A stretch of DNA of 64,000 nucleotides from Deinococcota bacterium (GTDB taxonomy: Bacteria > Deinococcota > Deinococci > Deinococcales > Thermaceae). The stretch spans positions 37,272 to 101,271 of the forward strand of contig JBGFRI010000005.1 in the NCBI GenBank assembly GCA_041695225.1, read 5' to 3'. Positions 1 through 9,825 of the stretch are shown here, one piece after another. Each line of letters opens with the position of its first letter. Positions within the stretch are counted from its first letter, which is position 1. Under the pieces are notes generated by a model, which saw only the letters and a list, made by a program, of their open reading frames with translations, had not been told where the DNA came from and did no database searches. A program made the translations under genes and the position numbers.

Positions 1-1
1 C

Positions 2-769
2 ACAGCAGCGGCAGGCATGGCTTTGCGTGGACTCAAGCCGGTGCTGGCCATCTACTCTACGTTTATGCAACGGGCCTTCGATCAGATCGTCCACGATATC
101 GCTATCGAAAACATACCTGTGGTCTTCGCGGTGGATCGGGCGGGCATCGTGGGAGGAGATGGTGCAACTCATAACGGGGTTTTTGACATCGCCTATCTGC
201 GTACCATTCCTAACCTGCAGATTGCCGCCCCGAAAGACGCCCTGGAACTGCGGGCCATGCTGAAGTATGCGATTAACGCCGGTGCGCCCATTGCCATTCG
301 CTATGCCCGCGACAACGTGGAAAAGGCTCCTCAAGGGGCCTGGCCCCAGATTGAGTGGGGCCGCTGGGAGGTGCTAAAAGAAGGCCGCAAAGCTTATATC
401 CTGACTTTCGGCAAGACCCTCAGGTATGCGCTCGAGGCCGCTACAGACCACCTCGAGGTGGGAGTCATCAACGCTCGGTTTATCAAGCCCGTTGACAAGG
501 AAATGTTGGAGATGCTGGCGCTGGGTGGCTACAAGCTGGTTACTACCGAAGACCACCAAAAAGCGGGGGGCTTTGGCAGTGCTGTGCTAGAGACTCTGAA
601 CGATCTTGGGTTAAAGCCCGATATCCGGGTGCTGGGACTGCCTGACCTGTTCTACGACCATGGTTCTATTGCCCGTATGCACCGCGAGGCCGGGATTGAT
701 TCAGAAGCTATTCGGCGTGCTTTAGCAGAGATGGGAGTAGCAGCAACTACCCGGCCACACCGGGTGTGA
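2..769 (+). CDS. dxs: 1-deoxy-D-xylulose-5-phosphate synthase, 3' part (runs off window start)
   Basis: YSTFMQRAFDQIVHD, DRAGIVGGDGATHNG and IRYAR motifs of the DXS C-terminal domains; frame open from position 2. Confidence 0.95.
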   Translation, partial: TAAAGMALRGLKPVLAIYSTFMQRAFDQIVHDIAIENIPVVFAVDRAGIVGGDGATHNGVFDIAYLRTIPNLQIAAPKDALELRAMLKYAINAGAPIAIRYARDNVEKAPQGAWPQIEWGRWEVLKEGRKAYILTFGKTLRYALEAATDHLEVGVINARFIKPVDKEMLEMLALGGYKLVTTEDHQKAGGFGSAVLETLNDLGLKPDIRVLGLPDLFYDHGSIARMHREAGIDSEAIRRALAEMGVAATTRPHRV

Positions 770-811
770 ACCTCCTCATGAACGGTGGTGCAAGTCTTGC
801 TATCCTACCTC

Positions 812-915
812 TGGTTGGGGAGTAGCCGCCCGCGTTTGCGGGTGTCTGGGTCGTCAATACGGGGCATAAACCCTCGGTCTGGACAGGTTCACCAGAACCT
901 TCGGCAAGACCACCA
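812..915 (+). promoter_or_regulatory. yybP-ykoY (Mn2+-sensing) riboswitch aptamer
   Basis: GGGGAGTAGC (817-826), hairpin CGCCCGC-gttt-GCGGGTG, TCGTCAATAC (851-860), hairpin AGGTTC-acca-GAACCT, GGCAAGACC (903-911); P1 pairs TGGTTGG (812-818) with CCACCA (910-915). Motifs match the family consensus as recalled; no covariance model was run. Confidence 0.85.
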
Positions 916-940
916 CGGCAGTTTTCCGTGGTGTTTTTTT
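911..940 (+). terminator. Intrinsic terminator forming the riboswitch expression platform
   Basis: CACCACGG-cagtttt-CCGTGGTG followed by 7 T; the 5' arm overlaps the 3' strand of aptamer P1. Confidence 0.85.
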
Positions 941-969
941 ACTTTTTGGAGAACAGGAGACCATGCCCG

Positions 970-1185
970 ATGAAACGAATACTCTTCAAGCTACTGGCAT
1001 TGTTGGTTGGGAAGTTTCTGGCAAGGCGTTTTGGTCGTGGTCGGCACCAGGGTTATGACGCTCGGCACTACGACCACGACTCATATTCCCGGGGCCACCT
1101 CCCTTACCAGGGTGGGTTTTTCAAGCCCTACAAGTACAGGCGGAAGAAAAGTAAGTTCAGGAGGTTAATGGACTGGCTGGATTAG
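970..1185 (+). CDS. Small (71 aa) basic His/Tyr-rich hypothetical protein downstream of the riboswitch
   Basis: AGGAGA RBS at 955-960, ATG 970; hydrophobic N-terminus, HYDHDSY core, KYRRKKSKFRRLMDWLD tail. Confidence 0.7.
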   Translation: MKRILFKLLALLVGKFLARRFGRGRHQGYDARHYDHDSYSRGHLPYQGGFFKPYKYRRKKSKFRRLMDWLD

Positions 1186-1472
1186 AGTGGTATTTGGAAG
1201 GATTTGGGATTTCCACCAGCCCGCCGTTGCAAAATGTTTAAAGCTCCCTCATCTGTCCGGTTCTCACCTGTGTAGGGATGAGACCAGAGATGCGATTCCA
1301 ACCAGGATGCAAACACTTCCGGCCGGCTGCATACCCAGCCCTCCAAAGTATTGCCCTCAGGTATGAGCCCGGAGCGCTAGGGTTTAGAGTGTCTGTACTG
1401 GAAGCCTTCGCGGCTAGCCTTCCAGTGGCCAGTGATAATCACTAGGCCCTATGCGTTGTGAAGGGAGGAGAA

Positions 1473-2231
1473 ATGAACGCGCTACTGCTATGGGCTCTGG
1501 GCATTCTGGGTGTGCTGGTGTTGGTTTGGGGTCTGGCCCGCCTTCAGCGCGGCGGGCTAGGCTGGGCGGTTTTTGGCGCGCTGATGGGCGTATTTGGACT
1601 GGGTGGGGTCTGGCTCCATCAGCAGTATGGCGCCACAGTCTTCTGGGGCCTGGGGGTTCTGGGGGTGTTGTTGCTGGTCTGGGCCATTCTAAACCTGCGC
1701 CGGTATCGCTCAGCAGGCTGGTCGGCAGCACTGGCTGTTTTGCTGGGTCTTACGGGTTTTGGTAGCATCACCCTGCTGGCTAGTCCCACCCAGAACCTGC
1801 TTACCCCTGGTGCATTTCCCGACACCGCTGTAGTGACCCCCGCTGAGCCGATGGAACCACCCCCAGCTCCAACTGCTCCCGAAGCTGGCCTTCCCGAGGC
1901 TGTCCCTGAACCCGCACCACCAGCCCCTACCACACCCGAAGCTGCCCCGCTACCTCCTGCCACACCTGCCCTGCCGGTTGCTACGGGCATTGTGCGCGAA
2001 GTAGAACCAGCCTGTCCCTGCCTTCTGAATGTGATGGTCCGTGCATCCAACCCTACCATTCGCATTCTGCAAGGAACCACCGAGATTGCCAGGAGCAGCC
2101 TGGGGCGCTCGATCTTTCTGCTCGAGGCCGGCGACTACACCCTACTGGTCGAGGCCCCTGGCTACCGCAGTTTTAGCGGACTAATTAGTGTGCCCAGGAA
2201 CAGAAATCTGGAAGTGGAGCTGGCGCGCTGA
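1473..2231 (+). CDS. Membrane protein with Pro-rich linker and C-terminal PEGA-like beta domain
   Basis: GGAGGAG RBS; about 4 hydrophobic segments, PAPTAPE linker, GDYTLLVEAPGYRSF C-terminus. Confidence 0.75.
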   Translation: MNALLLWALGILGVLVLVWGLARLQRGGLGWAVFGALMGVFGLGGVWLHQQYGATVFWGLGVLGVLLLVWAILNLRRYRSAGWSAALAVLLGLTGFGSITLLASPTQNLLTPGAFPDTAVVTPAEPMEPPPAPTAPEAGLPEAVPEPAPPAPTTPEAAPLPPATPALPVATGIVREVEPACPCLLNVMVRASNPTIRILQGTTEIARSSLGRSIFLLEAGDYTLLVEAPGYRSFSGLISVPRNRNLEVELAR

Positions 2232-2325
2232 GCTGATTAGCTCCATTAGCCCTCTGTTATCCGCCCCCCTTCTGCGTTTTACTGCACAGTCAGCAGTGCC
2301 CGATTTTGGTCGGCCTAGATCTCCA

Positions 2326-2574
2326 TCAGCGGCTCGCTCCGCCCATCAGGCTACCGACCATCATCAGCATCAGGATCAACCAGACCTTCAGCACCTCGCA
2401 CACCACAGGGGTTTTGCTGCGCCGGAAGTTGGAACAGCCCACCAGACGCGCAATAATTACTGCTGCAACCGTAGCAAACAGAGGCCACAGGAGACTCAAC
2501 ACCTTGGCTCCAAGGTAAAAGCTCCCTGCACCAGACCTTGTGCGAAAATACCAGAGCGTAAGGTCTGGTCCCAT
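2326..2574 (-). CDS. Possible small membrane protein (start uncertain)
   Basis: Two hydrophobic stretches; fills an otherwise empty gap divergent from hrpB. Confidence 0.35.
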   Translation of the reverse strand: MGPDLTLWYFRTRSGAGSFYLGAKVLSLLWPLFATVAAVIIARLVGCSNFRRSKTPVVCEVLKVWLILMLMMVGSLMGGASR

Positions 2575-5053
2575 GTCCGAGCTAGCCCTGCCTATCTACT
2601 CAGTCCTGCCCGAGCTACGAAAAGCGCTCGGCCAGCACCAGACGGTGATTCTGCAAGCGCCTCCCGGCGCGGGCAAAAGCACCGTCTTGCCCCTGGAGCT
2701 GCTAACAGAACCCTGGCTCAGGGGGCAAAAAATCTGGATGCTCGAGCCCCGCCGCCTGGCGGCCCGCAATGTGGCGGCCCGTATGGCGGCTTTGCTGGGC
2801 GAGGAAGTGGGGCAGACCGTGGGCTACCGGGTGCGCTTCGAAAGCCGGGTAGGGCCAAGTACGCGAATTGAAGTGCTTACTGAGGGCATCCTGACCCGCC
2901 GCCTGCAAAAAGACCCCAGCCTGGAAGGGGTGGGGCTGGTCATCTTCGACGAGTTCCACGAGCGCAGCCTGCAAGCCGATCTGGCCCTGGTGCTCTGCCG
3001 CGAGGTGCAGCAAGCCCTGCGCGACGATCTGCGGCTTTTGCTGATGTCGGCTACGCTGGACGGAGAGAACCTGAGTCGGTTGTTGGGGGCTCCCGTCCTC
3101 AGGGCCGAGGGACGGCAGTACCCGGTAGAGATCCATCACCTGCCCCGCGACCCGGCAGGCCCGCTTTCGGGTGCTGTGGCCGGTGCGGTCTTCAGGGCTT
3201 TGAGCGAGCAGAGCGGTGACATCCTGGTCTTCTTGCCGGGCGTGGGTGAGATTCGACGTGTAGAGCGGCTGGTGGCCGAGCGCCACCCCGAGGTCAAGCT
3301 TACCCCGCTTTACGGCGACCTGCCGCTTTCAGCCCATCAGGAGGCCATCCTGCCCGACCCCACCCGGCGCAAGGTGGTGCTGGCGACCTCCATTGCCGAA
3401 ACCAGCCTGACCATCGAGGGCATCCGGGTAGTGGTGGACTCGGGCTACTCGAGGGCTCCCTCCTTCGATGCGAAGACTGGCCTCACCCGTCTAAAGACGG
3501 TCCGGGTCACCCGCGATGCCGCCGAACAACGCACTGGGCGGGCCGGGCGCCTGGGGCCGGGGGTCTGCTACCGGCTGTGGAGCCGTGCCACCCATCAGCA
3601 GCTCCAGGCTCGGCGCAAACCAGAGATTCTGGAGGCCGACCTGGCTCCGCTGGTGCTCGAGCTGGCCCAGTGGGGCGTACAAGACCCCTACGCACTGGAC
3701 TGGATCACACCCCCACCGGCGGGGGCCATCCGGCAGGCTTTAGAGCTGCTGGAAGCCCTGGGTGCGCTGGAAGGCTCAGCTCTGACCGCACGGGGAAAGC
3801 AGATGGCAGACTGGCCCACCCACCCCCGGCTGGCCCACCTGTTGCTGGAAGGCCAGGCTCTGGGACAGAGCGCACTTGCCGCCGACCTGGCGGCCCTGCT
3901 GGAGGAGCGCGACCCCTTGCCAAAAGAAGCCGGGGCCGACCTTGGCCTGCGCCTGGGGGCCCTGCGTGGCTGGCGCAGAAGCGGGCAGACCCTGCCCGGG
4001 GCCGAGACCGGCGTGCTGTCCAGGGTAGAGCGGCTGAGTGCGCAGTGGCGCAGGCGACTGGGTGTTAGCGCCGACAACCGCCCTCCCGACCCGGGCGCGG
4101 TGGGCCTGCTAACTGCCCTGGCCTACCCCGACCGCCTGGCCCGCCTGCGCGACGGTGAGCTCCTGCGCTACCGCCTGTCGGGTGGGCCTGGGGTGCGGCT
4201 GGGGGAGGATGATCCCCTGGCAGGCTCCCCCTGGCTGGCTGTAGCCCATCTGGACGCAGGCGAGAACGAAGGGCGAATCTTTCTGGCCTCGATGGTTAGG
4301 CTTGAAGACTTGCAGCCATTCGCCCGGCAGGTAAAGACCATCGCCTGGGACGCCCGGAACGGGGTATTGCTGGCCCAGCGGGAAACCAGAATTGGCGAAC
4401 TGGTGCTGTCCAGCCAACCCTTACGAGTGATTGACCCCCAGCAGCGCAGCAAAATTCTCTGCCAGGTAGTGCGCTCGGAGGGCCTGGGTTTGCTTTCCTG
4501 GACTGAAGAACTGCGCCAGTGGCAGGCCCGGGTGTTAAGTTTGCGAAGCTGGCGGCCCGATGAAAACTGGCCCGATCTCTCCGACGCGCATCTGCTAAAG
4601 ACCCTGGAAGACTGGCTGGCCCCCTGGCTCGAGCTGGTCTGGCGGCGGGAGGATTTTGCCCGGCTCGAGCTGGCCAGCATCCTGGGAGGGCTGCTGCCCT
4701 GGCCGCTTCCGGCCCGGTTGGACGCACTGGCCCCCACCCGGATCACTGTGCCCAGCGGCTCGCACATCAAGCTGACCTACCCATCCGATGGCGGCCCGCC
4801 GGTGCTGGCAGTAAAGCTACAGGAGCTGTTTGGCCTGGCCGATACCCCTACCGTCAACGAAGGCCGCACACCGGTCTTGCTACACCTGCTCTCCCCGGCC
4901 AGACGGCCCATCCAGGTCACACAAGACTTGCGTAGCTTCTGGAACAACACCTATCCCGAAGTTCGCAAGGAGCTGCGGGGACGGTACAGCAGACACCCCT
5001 GGCCCGAAGACCCCTGGAAAGCAGAGCCCACGCGCAAAGCCAGGCCCCGATAG
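2573..5053 (+). CDS. hrpB: ATP-dependent helicase HrpB
   Basis: APPGAGKST, DEFHERS, MSAT, QRTGRAGR and the HrpB C-terminal LLSPARRPIQVTQDLRSFW...YSRHPWPEDP. Confidence 0.95.
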   Translation: MSELALPIYSVLPELRKALGQHQTVILQAPPGAGKSTVLPLELLTEPWLRGQKIWMLEPRRLAARNVAARMAALLGEEVGQTVGYRVRFESRVGPSTRIEVLTEGILTRRLQKDPSLEGVGLVIFDEFHERSLQADLALVLCREVQQALRDDLRLLLMSATLDGENLSRLLGAPVLRAEGRQYPVEIHHLPRDPAGPLSGAVAGAVFRALSEQSGDILVFLPGVGEIRRVERLVAERHPEVKLTPLYGDLPLSAHQEAILPDPTRRKVVLATSIAETSLTIEGIRVVVDSGYSRAPSFDAKTGLTRLKTVRVTRDAAEQRTGRAGRLGPGVCYRLWSRATHQQLQARRKPEILEADLAPLVLELAQWGVQDPYALDWITPPPAGAIRQALELLEALGALEGSALTARGKQMADWPTHPRLAHLLLEGQALGQSALAADLAALLEERDPLPKEAGADLGLRLGALRGWRRSGQTLPGAETGVLSRVERLSAQWRRRLGVSADNRPPDPGAVGLLTALAYPDRLARLRDGELLRYRLSGGPGVRLGEDDPLAGSPWLAVAHLDAGENEGRIFLASMVRLEDLQPFARQVKTIAWDARNGVLLAQRETRIGELVLSSQPLRVIDPQQRSKILCQVVRSEGLGLLSWTEELRQWQARVLSLRSWRPDENWPDLSDAHLLKTLEDWLAPWLELVWRREDFARLELASILGGLLPWPLPARLDALAPTRITVPSGSHIKLTYPSDGGPPVLAVKLQELFGLADTPTVNEGRTPVLLHLLSPARRPIQVTQDLRSFWNNTYPEVRKELRGRYSRHPWPEDPWKAEPTRKARPR

Positions 5054-5246
5054 AACCCCGCTACGCTTCAAGCGAATTCCGGATTTACCCCAGACACGGT
5101 AGCCTATCTTGCTGTGTCACCCTTTAAAAGAAGGTCGCATGACAAAAAGCTGTTGACCCGAGACTTGAGACATCCTTAGGCTCCTCGCCGATACCGAGTC
5201 AGCGTTTCTGGACCTGGACGGAGTCTTCGGGGATGGGTACGGCATC

Positions 5247-5290
5247 GGTTAATCATCCCAAATCCCCGGCCACCCCATGATCCACTCCAT
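5247..5290 (-). repeat. ~45-bp dispersed repeat (copy 1 of 3; others at 47818-47860 and 55611-55653)
   Basis: Minus strand ATGGAGTGGATCATGGGGTGGCCGGGGATTTGGGATGATTAACC resembles ATGGACTGGGTGATGGAGTGGCCGAGGATGGGGATGATTAATC at 47818. Confidence 0.6.
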
Positions 5291-5353
5291 GGACCGTCTG
5301 GCGAGAGGCGAGAGACCACGGACTTCAGTCTGAAGAGCCGTTGCTTATTGAGC

Positions 5354-6232
5354 CTAGGGCCTGAGCAGCCTGGCAAGCTGCTCATACAGCTTTTCCTCTT
5401 CCGGGCTCGGGCTGGTGGGTATGGTAATGCGAATCTCGGCGTACAGGTCTCCACGGCTTTTGTCCTTGCGGGGCCAGCCCTTGCCGCCCAGCCGCAGCTT
5501 TCGTCCGGCCTGGGTGCGCCTGGGAATGGTTATGTCAAACGGGCCGTCCAGGGTCTCTACCCGCACCTTGCCACCCAGCACCGCTACCGGCGCTGGTACA
5601 TCTATCACGGTATACAGGTCATCGCCCTCCAGTCGCATATCGGGCCTGGGTTGTAGCTTGATCTGGAGATACAGATCACCCCCAGCCCGGCCCTTTCCCG
5701 CAAGGCGAATTTTCTGGCCCTCCCGCACGCCGGGCGGAATTCTTACGGTTATCCGCTCGGAGCCGATGGAGATGGTCTTCTCACCCCCGCGATAGGCCTC
5801 CTCGAGGGCCAGGGTTAGCTCGGCTTCCAGGTCACCCCCCACCCGTCGCTGCCGCTGACGGGTGGTTTCTTCGAACAAGTCGCCCAGTCCCCCCCCTCCG
5901 CGCCCGGCGAAGTTGCCAAATAGCTGCTGAAAGAATTCGGAAAAATCACCCGGGTTGCCAGTAAAACCCCCAAAACCGCCCTGTCCGGGAGGGGGGCCCT
6001 GCCACTGCCCACTGCCTGGCGTACTGCCGTAGGTGTCGTAAAACTTGCGCTTTTCACTGTCGGACAAAACGGTATAGGCTTCGTTGATTTCTTTAAACCT
6101 GTCCTCGGCCCCAGGATCTTTGTTGACATCGGGGTGGTATTTGCGGGCAAGTCTCTTGAAGGCCTTCTTAATTTCGTCTTCGGAGGCGTTCTTGGATACC
6201 CCGAGAATTTTGTAGTAGTCCTTGTAGGCCAT
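5354..6232 (-). CDS. dnaJ: DnaJ-family co-chaperone without zinc finger (CbpA/DnaJ type II)
   Basis: J-domain with HPD, G/F-rich region, DnaJ C-terminal domain; downstream of grpE. Confidence 0.92.
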   Translation of the reverse strand: MAYKDYYKILGVSKNASEDEIKKAFKRLARKYHPDVNKDPGAEDRFKEINEAYTVLSDSEKRKFYDTYGSTPGSGQWQGPPPGQGGFGGFTGNPGDFSEFFQQLFGNFAGRGGGGLGDLFEETTRQRQRRVGGDLEAELTLALEEAYRGGEKTISIGSERITVRIPPGVREGQKIRLAGKGRAGGDLYLQIKLQPRPDMRLEGDDLYTVIDVPAPVAVLGGKVRVETLDGPFDITIPRRTQAGRKLRLGGKGWPRKDKSRGDLYAEIRITIPTSPSPEEEKLYEQLARLLRP

Positions 6233-6270
6233 AGAAGTGTCCCGAGTCTAGAGTCTGAAGTCTAGAGCCA

Positions 6271-6831
6271 TTAGTTTTCTTGAGCGCTCGACTCTTGACC
6301 CTCGACCTTCGGGGCCTCGCCGTTTCCCACCACTACCCGCGCAGGCCTCACCAGCAGGTCGCCATACTTGAAACCCTGCTGGTAGACGTGCATCACCTTG
6401 CCGTCCTCGCCTAGGGCCGCACCGATGGCCTCGTGGTGGCGCGGGTCGAACTCTGCCCCTACCCCCGGCACCGCTTCTACACCCAGGCTCCGCAGGTTGC
6501 GGGAAAAGTTTTCCAGCACCGTCCGAACGCCTGGAATCAGGTCTTCGGGTTTCACGCTGGCAAAGCCTAAAGCCCGCTCGAGGTCGTCCTGGGTACTTAG
6601 CAGGGCCCGCACTGCCTCGAACTTACCGTTGCGCTGCGCAGCTTCCAGCTCGCTAATCATGCGCTTTTTGTAGTTCTCGAACTCGGCGTACAGGCGCAAG
6701 AACTTGTTTTTGGAGGCCTCGAGCTCGCCTTTCAAAAACTCCACCTCTCCTCTGAGTTTATCTATCTCAGCCTCCTGGGTTCGGCCCTGATCCGACGCAG
6801 ACTGGTGCTGCACTTCTCTTTCGTTGCTCAT
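6271..6831 (-). CDS. grpE: Nucleotide exchange factor GrpE
   Basis: LRLYAEFENYKKR, FDPRHHEAI, VYQQGFKYGDLLVRPARVVV. Confidence 0.95.
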   Translation of the reverse strand: MSNEREVQHQSASDQGRTQEAEIDKLRGEVEFLKGELEASKNKFLRLYAEFENYKKRMISELEAAQRNGKFEAVRALLSTQDDLERALGFASVKPEDLIPGVRTVLENFSRNLRSLGVEAVPGVGAEFDPRHHEAIGAALGEDGKVMHVYQQGFKYGDLLVRPARVVVGNGEAPKVEGQESSAQEN

Positions 6832-6903
6832 TTTCAAACCTCGGCTAACTCGGGGGAAGCCCAGGGCAGGAAATGTCGCCATTTCCCACCCTTCCCCTGC
6901 TCC

Positions 6904-8775
6904 TTAGTCGGCTGGCTTATAATCTGCGTCAATTACATCGTCGGTTTTTTGGGCAGCGGCGCCCTGGGATGCGCCAGAGGGCGCAGCTGCACCTTGCTCG
7001 TAGGCTTGCAGGGCCGCCAGCAGTTCCTCGGTTGCGGCGCGTAAATCGGCGTCGGAACCATCGTTATCCACCAGGGCCTTGGCCTTGCTTACCGCGGCCT
7101 CGAGCCTGCTCCTGGCCTCGGGAGTGCTTTGTTTTTCGCTCATCACCCGCTCGGCCTGGATGCGGGCGCTGTCCAGGCTGTTCTTCAGGTCAACATGTTC
7201 TTTGCGCTTGCGGTCGGCCTCGGCGTTGGCCTCGGCTTCCTTGATCATGCGGTCAATTTCCTGCTCGGAAAGGGTGGTGGTGTTCTGGATGGTGATCGAG
7301 GCTTCCTTGCCGGTAGACTTCTCCCTGGCCTTAACGCTCAAGATGCCGTTGCGGTCTATGTCGAAACTCACTTCAATCTGGGGCATACCTGCCGGCATGG
7401 GCGGGATGCCGTCCAGCCGGAAGCGGCCCAGGCTCTTGTTGTCAGCAGCCATGGGGCGCTCGCCCTGTACCACGTGAATCTCAACCGAAGGCTGGTTATG
7501 CTCGGCGGTGGTAAAAGTCTCCGAACGAGTGACCGGCACAGTGGTGTTGCGATTCACCAATACGGTTGCCACACCGCCTTTGGTCTCTACCCCCAGCGAG
7601 AGTGGGGTCACGTCCAGGAGCACCATATCCTCTACCGAACCGGTCAGGATACCAGCCTGTACCGCGGCCCCCAGCGCCACTACTTCGTCGGGGTTGACCG
7701 TGCGGTTGGGCTCCTTGCCCAGCATCTCCCGCACGATCTGCTGCACTGCCGGTACCCGGGTAGCGCCACCGACCAGCAGGATCTCGTGAATGGCACTGGC
7801 GCTCAGGTTGGCGTCGCGCAGGGCCTGTTCCACCGGGCCGCGGATCTTTTTGAGCAGGGGCTGGATCAGTTCCTCAAACTTGGCGCGGGTTAGCTTGCGC
7901 TCGAGGTGCAGCGGGGTTTTGGAAACCGGATCAAGCCCAATGAAGGGCAGGCTGATGGTGGTCTCGGTAACTGCAGAAAGCTCGATCTTGGCCTTCTCCG
8001 AAGACTCAATCAGGCGCTGAAGGGCCTGGCGGTCGGCCTTGAGGTTAACCCCTCCCGACTCCTTCTTGAACTCCTCAATCAGCCAGTTGACGATGGCATG
8101 GTCCATGTCCGAGCCGCCCAGATGGGTATCCCCAGCAGTAGCCAGCACCTTGAAGACCCCGCCCCCAATTTCCAGCACGGTCACATCAAAGGTGCCGCCC
8201 CCCAGGTCGAAGACCAGCACGGTCTCGTCACCCTTCTTGTCCAGCCCATAGGCCAGGGCCGCCGCGGTAGGCTCGTTAACGATGCGCAAGACCTCCAGAC
8301 CAGCAATCTTGCCAGCATTGGTGGTAGCCTCGCGCTGCGAGTTATTAAAGTAGGCCGGTACAGTAATCACCGCCCTGGTAATCTTCTCGCCAAGTTTTTT
8401 AGAAGCGTCATCCACCAGCTTTCGCAGAATCATGGCCGAGATTTCCTCGGGGGTGTAGAGCTTACCCGCAATGTCTACCCGCACGCCCCCGTCGGGGCCC
8501 TGTACTACCTTGTAGGGGGCGCGCTTGACCTCGTCCTGTACCTCGTCCCAGCTGCGCCCTATAAAGCGCTTGATCTCGAAGACGGTGCCCTCGGCGTTGA
8601 GCACGGCCTGACGGCGGGCCACCCGGCCCACCAGCTGGTCCTTACCTTTAAAAGCAACCACACTGGGGGTGGTACGCTCACCCTCGGCGTTCTCGAGCAC
8701 TACGGGCGAACCACCTTCCATGATGGCGATCACGCTATTGGTTGTTCCCAGATCAATTCCTACGGCTCTTGCCAT
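6904..8775 (-). CDS. dnaK: Chaperone DnaK (Hsp70)
   Basis: [35 protein letters not shown]; C-terminal DDVIDADY. Confidence 0.98.
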   Translation of the reverse strand: MARAVGIDLGTTNSVIAIMEGGSPVVLENAEGERTTPSVVAFKGKDQLVGRVARRQAVLNAEGTVFEIKRFIGRSWDEVQDEVKRAPYKVVQGPDGGVRVDIAGKLYTPEEISAMILRKLVDDASKKLGEKITRAVITVPAYFNNSQREATTNAGKIAGLEVLRIVNEPTAAALAYGLDKKGDETVLVFDLGGGTFDVTVLEIGGGVFKVLATAGDTHLGGSDMDHAIVNWLIEEFKKESGGVNLKADRQALQRLIESSEKAKIELSAVTETTISLPFIGLDPVSKTPLHLERKLTRAKFEELIQPLLKKIRGPVEQALRDANLSASAIHEILLVGGATRVPAVQQIVREMLGKEPNRTVNPDEVVALGAAVQAGILTGSVEDMVLLDVTPLSLGVETKGGVATVLVNRNTTVPVTRSETFTTAEHNQPSVEIHVVQGERPMAADNKSLGRFRLDGIPPMPAGMPQIEVSFDIDRNGILSVKAREKSTGKEASITIQNTTTLSEQEIDRMIKEAEANAEADRKRKEHVDLKNSLDSARIQAERVMSEKQSTPEARSRLEAAVSKAKALVDNDGSDADLRAATEELLAALQAYEQGAAAPSGASQGAAAQKTDDVIDADYKPAD

Positions 8776-8817
8776 ATACCCTCCGGCAGCCGTGCTAAGC
8801 ACGGCTCACTAGTCCAT

Positions 8818-8846
8818 AGAATAGCTTTTGTTAATCATATAGTCAA
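8818..8846 (-). promoter_or_regulatory. Sigma70-type promoter of the dnaK operon
   Basis: Minus strand TTGACT-17 nt-TATTCT about 45 nt upstream of the dnaK ATG. Confidence 0.6.
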
Positions 8847-8850
8847 TAGA

Positions 8851-8871
8851 GTTGAGTGTAGTGTTGTCAAG
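8851..8871. promoter_or_regulatory. HAIR-like (HspR-type) operator upstream of the dnaK promoter
   Basis: GTTGAGT-N7-TGTCAAG vs consensus CTTGAGT-N7-ACTCAAG. Confidence 0.5.
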
Positions 8872-8908
8872 TTGGACTGCTCAGTCGGCGTCTCTTGGTG
8901 CCGTAATA

Positions 8909-9206
8909 AGTTTTCCATGAGCTGCGCGCACCCGTGGAGACAAAACAGAAGGGAGTTTCTTGGCAGGTTTTAGCGAGCCGGGGATGCCTCCCTTAACAAG
9001 GGGGGTGGTGAGCGTCGGCGAGCCGGGGGGATTGTTCCAGGGAACACTCGCAGCGATTTCGCAGACTCTATAAATCACCGTACCCACCCTCCCGATCCCC
9101 CCAACCCCCCTTAGTAATGGGGTTTGAAAGAGCCCTGCAGCAAGGGAGTTTTCCATGAGCTGCATGCACCCGTGGCGAAGAAACGGAAGGGAGTTTATTT
9201 GGTAGG
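8909..9206 (+). repeat. ~295-bp interspersed element, copy A (terminal ~60-bp direct repeats around a REP-like dyad)
   Basis: Direct repeats 8909-8967 and 9147-9206; internal CCCTTAACAAGGGGGG and CCCCCCTTAGTAATGGGG hairpins; inverted homologue at 32690-32983. Confidence 0.85.
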
Positions 9207-9432
9207 TTAGCGGTACCCAGAGGTGGTCCAAGGTTTGCAGGGCAGGGTCATCCGTTAGCGTGGTGGAGCCTGTAGTTCCGCCACAGAATGGGGTTTGACC
9301 CTTCTAGAATGCCCGCTGTCGGTACCCCCAGGAGCGTTTGCAAGCTACCCTGAGACCGCAGCGGCGCAGATGCGTTTGACATGGCTTGCACGATTGACAA
9401 TCTATTGCCATCCGCTTTTGCACCGGAAGCCG

Positions 9433-9825
9433 CTATCGGCGCTTACGACCGCCCTTTCCGCCGCCAGGTTTTTTTCCGCCACCACTGCCGCTACCAAAAC
9501 CACCGGAGCCGCGCAAAAAGCTTTTCAGCTTGTTCTCAAACTCGGGGGCCTGACGGGGCAGGCGCTTGGGCCGGGGGGGTTCAATGGGCGCCGGGGTAAG
9601 TTCTTTGATGGAAAGGTCTAGCCGGCCCTTATCGTCGCGGCCAAGCACCAGCACCGAGATCACATCCCCTTCATTCAGGTGATCGCGGATGTTTTTGACA
9701 AACTCGTGGGCTACCTGCGAGATGTGTACCAGCCCCGACTCTCCAGTGGGAAACTCAACAAAAGCCCCAAACTCCATGATTCGCGTGACGCGACCTTCTA
9801 CGATTGCACCGGCTTCAAGCTCCAT
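9433..9825 (-). CDS. S1 RNA-binding domain protein (YugI/GSP13-like)
   Basis: VEGRVTRIMEFGAFVEF...GLVHISQVA...GRLDLSIKE; Gly/Lys-rich tail. Confidence 0.9.
   Translation of the reverse strand: MELEAGAIVEGRVTRIMEFGAFVEFPTGESGLVHISQVAHEFVKNIRDHLNEGDVISVLVLGRDDKGRLDLSIKELTPAPIEPPRPKRLPRQAPEFENKLKSFLRGSGGFGSGSGGGKKPGGGKGGRKRR

Noticed and set aside
5100-5350. dafA or clpB remnant after dnaJ
   Set aside because: No recognisable ORF; the region holds repeat fragments.
8791-8806. CIRCE (HrcA) element before dnaK
   Set aside because: Only a TTAGCAC half-site; no partner at 9-nt spacing.
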